The notes under the pieces were generated by a model. That model was not told the DNA's origin. It was given only the letters and a program-made list of their open reading frames with translations, and ran no database searches. Source: Candidatus Acidiferrum sp. (GTDB lineage: Bacteria; Acidobacteriota; Terriglobia; Acidiferrales; UBA7541). From it: 64,000 nucleotides of DNA. Shown in pieces: positions 59,743 to 64,000 of the stretch; position 1 is the stretch's first letter; each line of letters begins with the position of its first letter. Location: contig JBGPDI010000006.1 of the NCBI GenBank assembly GCA_041482215.1, forward strand, positions 1,591 to 65,590, in the 5' to 3' direction. The translations under genes and the position numbers were made by a program.

Positions 59743-60553
59743 CGCGCACTACGTAGAATCACTCACAAGCTATAGCGGTGCGGCGGTGGGTCGGATGATT
59801 CGAGTGGACCAAATCCGCCCGAATCCAGACCAACCCCGCAAGGCGCTGGGCGATTTGCGAGAGCTCACGGAGTCCATTCGGGAGAAAGGCGTGCTGGAGC
59901 CTTTGCTGGTGCGCTACGTTCCGCGGGAGGACTGTTTCCACATCATCTCCGGTGAGCGGCGCTATCATGCCTCGCGAGCCGCGGGGTTGCGCGAAGTTCC
60001 GTGTATTGAAAAGACGGCTGACGATGCCGAAACTCTCGAAATCGGCCTTATCGAAAATATTCAACGGAAAGACCTGACGCCGTTTGAAGAAGCGGACGGT
60101 CTGCACCGGCTTGGCACTCAGTTTGAATATACCCACGAAGATATAGCCAAAAAGATTGGGCGCGCACGATCTTCCGTGACGGAGACTCTGTCGTTGCGTA
60201 ACATTCCTGACTCTTTACGGAAGAAATGCATGGAGCACGGAATTATTTCGAAGTCGCTGCTGCTTCAGATTGCGCGTCAACCCACTGAGAAGAAAATGAT
60301 CGAGATGTTCCACCGCATCATGCAGGGTGGGCTGACGCGGGATGAAGCGCGCCGCGAACGCCGCGAGGAACAGGCCGGCCCGCAGCGGCCGCAACCTTTC
60401 ATTTTTCAATTCGAGCCGTCGACGGAGACTTTCAAGTTCCGGATTCAATTCAAGAAAAGCCATGTTTCGCGCGACGAGTTGATTTCGACGCTGCGGGAAA
60501 TCCTGGTTCAGCTTGAAGGTTCCTCTTCGGAAGCGGATTCCACGGCTGCCTAA
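59696..60553 (+). CDS. parB: ParB/Spo0J family partition protein with an atypical C-terminus
   Basis: ORF 59654..60553. GTG at 59696 has GGGGAGG 9 nt upstream and overlaps the parA 3' end by 47 nt. ParB box GERRYHASRAAGL, ENIQRKDL, and an HTH (EDIAKKIGRARSSVTETLSL). Confidence 0.8.
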   Translation: MSKRLGLPVTLKMRHDAHYVESLTSYSGAAVGRMIRVDQIRPNPDQPRKALGDLRELTESIREKGVLEPLLVRYVPREDCFHIISGERRYHASRAAGLREVPCIEKTADDAETLEIGLIENIQRKDLTPFEEADGLHRLGTQFEYTHEDIAKKIGRARSSVTETLSLRNIPDSLRKKCMEHGIISKSLLLQIARQPTEKKMIEMFHRIMQGGLTRDEARRERREEQAGPQRPQPFIFQFEPSTETFKFRIQFKKSHVSRDELISTLREILVQLEGSSSEADSTAA

Positions 60554-60590
60554 TTTCTTCAAGTGCTAGAAGGGCGATGCTGCCCCACAA

Positions 60591-60935
60591 ATGTCATTCA
60601 TGGTTGAGCTTTCGCCCCAACAAATGCAAGTAATCGAACGACTGTTTGAAGCAGGATTTCGTCCCATTGCAATCCCGCCTTACGAAAGTGCGTTGTGCAT
60701 GAGGAAAGGTGAATGCGCGGCGGTTCTGGCGCCGGTTCCAAATGGTGGACTAAAGCTGTTGGCGCCGCCTTCGTATTTGGTCAATGGCAGTCTTAGCGTG
60801 AAACTCAAACGCGGAGTCGGAGAAGTGTTTGTGTGGAAGAAACAAGAACTCACTGCCACACCTGGACGTTTGAGCGAACTCGAATCGTTCCGACGGGAAC
60901 TCACTGAAATTCTGGATCTGCCGCTGAAACAATAG
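60591..60935 (+). CDS. Hypothetical protein
   Basis: 114-aa ORF directly after parB with protein-like composition. No recognisable motif and only a weak SD. Confidence 0.45.
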   Translation: MSFMVELSPQQMQVIERLFEAGFRPIAIPPYESALCMRKGECAAVLAPVPNGGLKLLAPPSYLVNGSLSVKLKRGVGEVFVWKKQELTATPGRLSELESFRRELTEILDLPLKQ

Positions 60936-60985
60936 ATTCGCACTGATTTGCAATTCCGAAGGACTCCCGGCAAACTCAATTTCCT

Positions 60986-61957
60986 ATGGAAACGTACGAC
61001 ATTGTCTGCATCGGGGCTGGGCCGACCGGCCTGGCCACCGCCATCGAGGCCAAACGCGCTGGCATGCGACCCCTGGTCATTGACAAGGCCTGCCTCTGCC
61101 ATTCGATATTTCGCTATCCAGTGAACATGGTGTTCTTTACGACGCCGGAACTGCTCGAAATTGGCGACCTTCCGCTTGTTTGCGCGGCTGACAAGCCCAC
61201 GCGCATCGAGGCCCTGAAGTACTATCGCAGGGCTGCAGAACACTATGGCCTGGAATTGCGTTTATACGAACGCGTGTTGCAAGTCGAGGGACAGAATGGG
61301 GACTTCACGATTGTAGCGGCAACGGAGAAGGGACCGGAGCAGCGATATCAAGGCAAGAAGATTGCTGTCGCAACGGGTTATTACGATCTGCCGAACCACT
61401 TGGGCGTGCTGGGGGAAGATCTGCCGCACGTTTCGCATTACTACACGGAACCACACGAATTCTGGAATCAAGACGTGGTAGTGATCGGGGGAAAGAATTC
61501 GGCCGCGGAAGCCGCGTTGGACCTGTATCGGAATGGTGCGCGAGTTACGCTGGTGCACCGCGGAAAGGAATTGGGAGCATCTATCAAATATTGGGTTCGG
61601 CCGGATATCGAAAACCGGATCAAGGCGGGACAGATACAAGCGCTCCTCAATGCTCGGGTGGAGGAGATCACTGACGGCGAAGTAGTTCTAGAGCAGCACT
61701 CGCAAACAAAGCGAGTCTCTGCGAAGCAGGTATTTGCACTCACCGGATATCATCCGGATTATTCGTTTATTGAGAGTCTTGGTGTGAAACTCGATGCGGA
61801 GAGCCGCAGGCCTACATTGGATCCCAATACGCTGGAGAGTAATGTGCCCGGTATTCATTTGGCAGGCGTGGTCACCGGCGGCCGATTCACCGGTGAAATA
61901 TTCATCGAAAACGGACGGTTCCATGGAAAACAGATTATTAATGGGCTGAAAACCTGA
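60986..61957 (+). CDS. ypdA: YpdA family FAD-dependent putative bacillithiol disulfide reductase
   Basis: 323 aa. DIVCIGAGPTGLATAIEAKRAG, then SIFRYPVNMVFFTTPELLEIGDLPL..KPTRIEALKYYRR. As recalled, this parallels Bacillus YpdA (SIYNYP..FFSS.EKLEIG...KP.R..AL.YYR). Confidence 0.8.
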   Translation: METYDIVCIGAGPTGLATAIEAKRAGMRPLVIDKACLCHSIFRYPVNMVFFTTPELLEIGDLPLVCAADKPTRIEALKYYRRAAEHYGLELRLYERVLQVEGQNGDFTIVAATEKGPEQRYQGKKIAVATGYYDLPNHLGVLGEDLPHVSHYYTEPHEFWNQDVVVIGGKNSAAEAALDLYRNGARVTLVHRGKELGASIKYWVRPDIENRIKAGQIQALLNARVEEITDGEVVLEQHSQTKRVSAKQVFALTGYHPDYSFIESLGVKLDAESRRPTLDPNTLESNVPGIHLAGVVTGGRFTGEIFIENGRFHGKQIINGLKT

Positions 61958-62023
61958 AGCTGCATGAGCGACGTCCGCGAACCGATTTGCTGGGGTTGAG
62001 ACCGTTTGCTAAACTGATTGCAT

Positions 62024-62500
62024 ATGGCATCCATCATTAGGGAAGTGGGCGAAACATTCGGTGCGCTGGTGAAGGGCTTCAGCGTGACCTTTCGAAATAT
62101 GTTTCGGAAGACCGTTACGGAGAACTATCCGTACGAGCCGGTCCATTTTCAGCCCCGCTACCGCGGAATCCACGTTTTGCATCGCGATGAAGGCGGGTTG
62201 GAGAAGTGTGTTGGCTGCTTTCTCTGCGCCGCGGCGTGCCCGGCAAACTGCATTTATATCGAAGCAGCCGAAAATGTCGACGCGAATCGCATCTCCGCCG
62301 GCGAACGTTATGCCAGCGTCTACAACATTGACTACTCACGCTGCATCTTCTGCGGATACTGCGTGGAAGCGTGCCCAACCGATGCCATCACTCACGGGCA
62401 TGGATTCGAGCTGGCTACTTACGACATCAACTCCCTCGTTTACCGCAAAGAACAACTTCTTGAAAAAGGTCCCGCGGTCACAACCACCGCAGCCCGGTAA
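62024..62500 (+). CDS. nuoI: NuoI-like 2x[4Fe-4S] ferredoxin subunit of NADH-quinone oxidoreductase, not flanked by other nuo genes
   Basis: ORF 62018..62500. TENYPYEP, CVGCFLCAAACPANCIYIE and CIFCGYCVEACPTDAI match NuoI. Confidence 0.8.
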   Translation: MASIIREVGETFGALVKGFSVTFRNMFRKTVTENYPYEPVHFQPRYRGIHVLHRDEGGLEKCVGCFLCAAACPANCIYIEAAENVDANRISAGERYASVYNIDYSRCIFCGYCVEACPTDAITHGHGFELATYDINSLVYRKEQLLEKGPAVTTTAAR

Positions 62501-62849
62501 CTCCTCCAAAGTTTGGTTTCAAGTTTCGCATCGACTTAGTCCGAAGTGTGTCCAGATGAATTGCCTCACTCCTCGCGCCGTCCGACAAGATTAGAGTCCT
62601 CTAACATATATAAAGCAGCCAAGACGTAAGTCTTTGGAGAGAGCGATGCGCGTTTCGGCTGCGATGTGGGTTGCAGGATGCCTCCAAACGAGGTTTTGGG
62701 GGCCGTTCGGGGGGAACGCCGGGGCGCGGAAGTGGAAGGCGCAGGTAGGTACGACGACGGGCACACCTCCGGGGATGAAGACGAGCAGCATCGGGAGTGG
62801 GACAGCTGCAGGTAACGTCCGTTTTCAGCCTCAACAGATTGCCAACACG

Positions 62850-63167
62850 TTAAGCCGAGCCGCCGTTCGGGGGCGGTGGAATTGCCTGATCAGAGAAAAA
62901 ATTATCGGACACAGCGGGAGTGTTTTTCCGCGGCAAATCGCCGGAAGTTACGACTTCTTGCGCGAGCGGAGGATGCTCCCGCTGCTCCATGAGCCAGCGC
63001 GCAAGCAAAGCGGAGGAGTTTTCCTCCATCCACTGGTCGAGCAGCGCGCCGATCGCTTTTCGGAGATTGGCAGCATGGCTGAGACGGGAGAGTTCGTAAC
63101 TCTGCAGGGAGTTGCGCGAAGCAGAGAGAAGAAACTCCCAGGGAGGCTGAGTCTTGTAGTAGGTCAC
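62850..63167 (-). CDS. Hypothetical protein
   Basis: 105 aa with a GTG start preceded by AGGAGA at 6-nt spacing. Helical, protein-like composition and no recognisable motif. Confidence 0.45.
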   Translation of the reverse strand: MTYYKTQPPWEFLLSASRNSLQSYELSRLSHAANLRKAIGALLDQWMEENSSALLARWLMEQREHPPLAQEVVTSGDLPRKNTPAVSDNFFSDQAIPPPPNGGSA

Positions 63168-63507
63168 ACAATTCTCCTGAAATACAGTCTGCGTAAGTTA
63201 ACACTTGGTTAAGTCTAGTCAAGGATTACTGATGAGTTGGAGGCTGTGGAAAAGTGTGGAAATCAACAGACTTGGGGGATGGGCTTCCGCTTATCCGACG
63301 GTACGTGGCGGAATTGCGCCGATGAATAAACGTTCAGAAGAATTTGTGTTGGGTGCATGCAGCGCGTGCGCCGGTGATTACGAAGATCCCGATCGGACGG
63401 CGCGGACGCCGACTGAAAGAGATGATGAGAAGCAATGCGACGTGTTAAACGCAGGAATTGTAGAGTTTCCAGCCGAGGAATAGACGACGGCGGAAGTGGA
63501 GGCGACA

Positions 63508-63867
63508 ATGAGGACAATTCGAAGAACGGTTCTGAGGCGAATACAGCGGCGAAGGCAGCGCGATGTGCTTTCCGACGTGATGCTGAGCGCGCGGCAATGT
63601 GAGACATGGTTGAGTCTGGACGAGCTGGCGAAATTAACGCATTACCCGCCGGCAAGCATTTCCGCGCAATTGCGGCATTTGCGGAAACCGACTAATGGCG
63701 GATTCGTTGTGGAGAAGCGTCCGCGCAAACTGGGCAAACTTTTGCGAGGCGAGGACTTCGGTACGGTTTGGGAGTATCAGCTCACGCGGGGGATTCGCAG
63801 AAAGATCGCGGCCGGCCGTGTACGTGGAATCGGAAGGCAGGTTTCTTCACAAACTGCTACTTGCTGA
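63508..63867 (+). CDS. Small Arg-rich winged-helix-like DNA-binding protein
   Basis: ORF 63496..63867. ATG at 63508 has GGAGG 5 nt upstream. LSLDELAKLTHYPPASISAQLRHLRK..GFVVEKR...WEYQL looks like HTH plus wing. Confidence 0.5.
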   Translation: MRTIRRTVLRRIQRRRQRDVLSDVMLSARQCETWLSLDELAKLTHYPPASISAQLRHLRKPTNGGFVVEKRPRKLGKLLRGEDFGTVWEYQLTRGIRRKIAAGRVRGIGRQVSSQTATC

Positions 63868-63919
63868 ATCGCGGCGATTGGTTGTGGAAGATCTTTGAGC
63901 ATTGTCCGGAGGTGTCGCC

Positions 63920-64000
63920 ATGCCGGTAAAACCAGAACTTGCGTTCGATGTCTGTTGGGAAGTTTACCGCGGGGCTCGCGAGGTGCTGGAGACCAAGCGC
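63920..64000 (+). CDS. 5' fragment of an unknown gene that runs off the window
   Basis: ATG at 63920 has GGAGG 7 nt upstream. The frame MPVKPELAFDVCWEVYRGAREVLETKR stays open to the window end. Confidence 0.4.
   Translation, partial: MPVKPELAFDVCWEVYRGAREVLETKR

Noticed and set aside
58640-60553. parS site (TGTTNCACGTGAAACA) near parAB, for example aaacacagtgaaacg around 58599-58613
   Set aside because: It is not palindromic and matches only a GTGAAAC half. No full site was seen by eye.
62634-63212. 192-aa plus-strand ORF
   Set aside because: It has Gly/Arg-rich low-complexity translation and no SD. It overlaps the more protein-like minus-strand ORF at 62850-63167, which has an SD.

Overview
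64-kb chromosomal segment of a moderately GC-rich diderm bacterium. tolQRAB-pal-cpoB, lpxD and murJ are all present. The bacillithiol genes (bshC, ypdA) and the purine-rich, CACAGAG and GCCGGC-hairpin intergenic repeats suggest an Acidobacteriota-like origin; this is inference only. I support about 58 protein-coding genes, almost all housekeeping. They include hrcA-grpE-dnaJ-rsmE, lepB, carAB, bshC, hemW, a GMC oxidoreductase pair, acd-meaB-mtnP-pfkB, mgtC-ldcA-mpl-M61 peptidase, plsC, lpxD, murJ-xerD, dnaE-accA, the tol-pal cluster, miaB, a MATE pump, a PilZ pair, parAB, ypdA and a lone nuoI. By eye I found no rRNA, tRNA or CRISPR array. Two patches look accessory. (i) 1.7-6.8 kb: a 132-nt imperfect direct repeat copies the 3' end of an amidohydrolase gene and brackets a cassette carrying a secreted LprI-SPRY fusion and a DUF433/DUF5615 toxin-antitoxin pair. 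It is followed by an AT-rich AlbA_2 (Schlafen-like) gene with an unassigned C-terminal region, a wHTH-HNH nuclease gene, and an 860-bp repeat-dense region free of credible ORFs. This is the best candidate for an undescribed defence or selfish module. (ii) Beyond 62.5 kb: small divergent ORFs of unknown function, including an Arg-rich wHTH protein, possibly the edge of a mobile element. Other points of interest are carA with no in-frame canonical start codon (SD plus CTG), a CIRCE-like operator with a 15-nt spacer in front of an hrcA operon that lacks dnaK, and a Pal lipoprotein with an extra Ig-like module. Starts refined from the ORF track are inferences from SD spacing and N-terminal conservation. 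All family assignments rest on motif recognition, not database searches.
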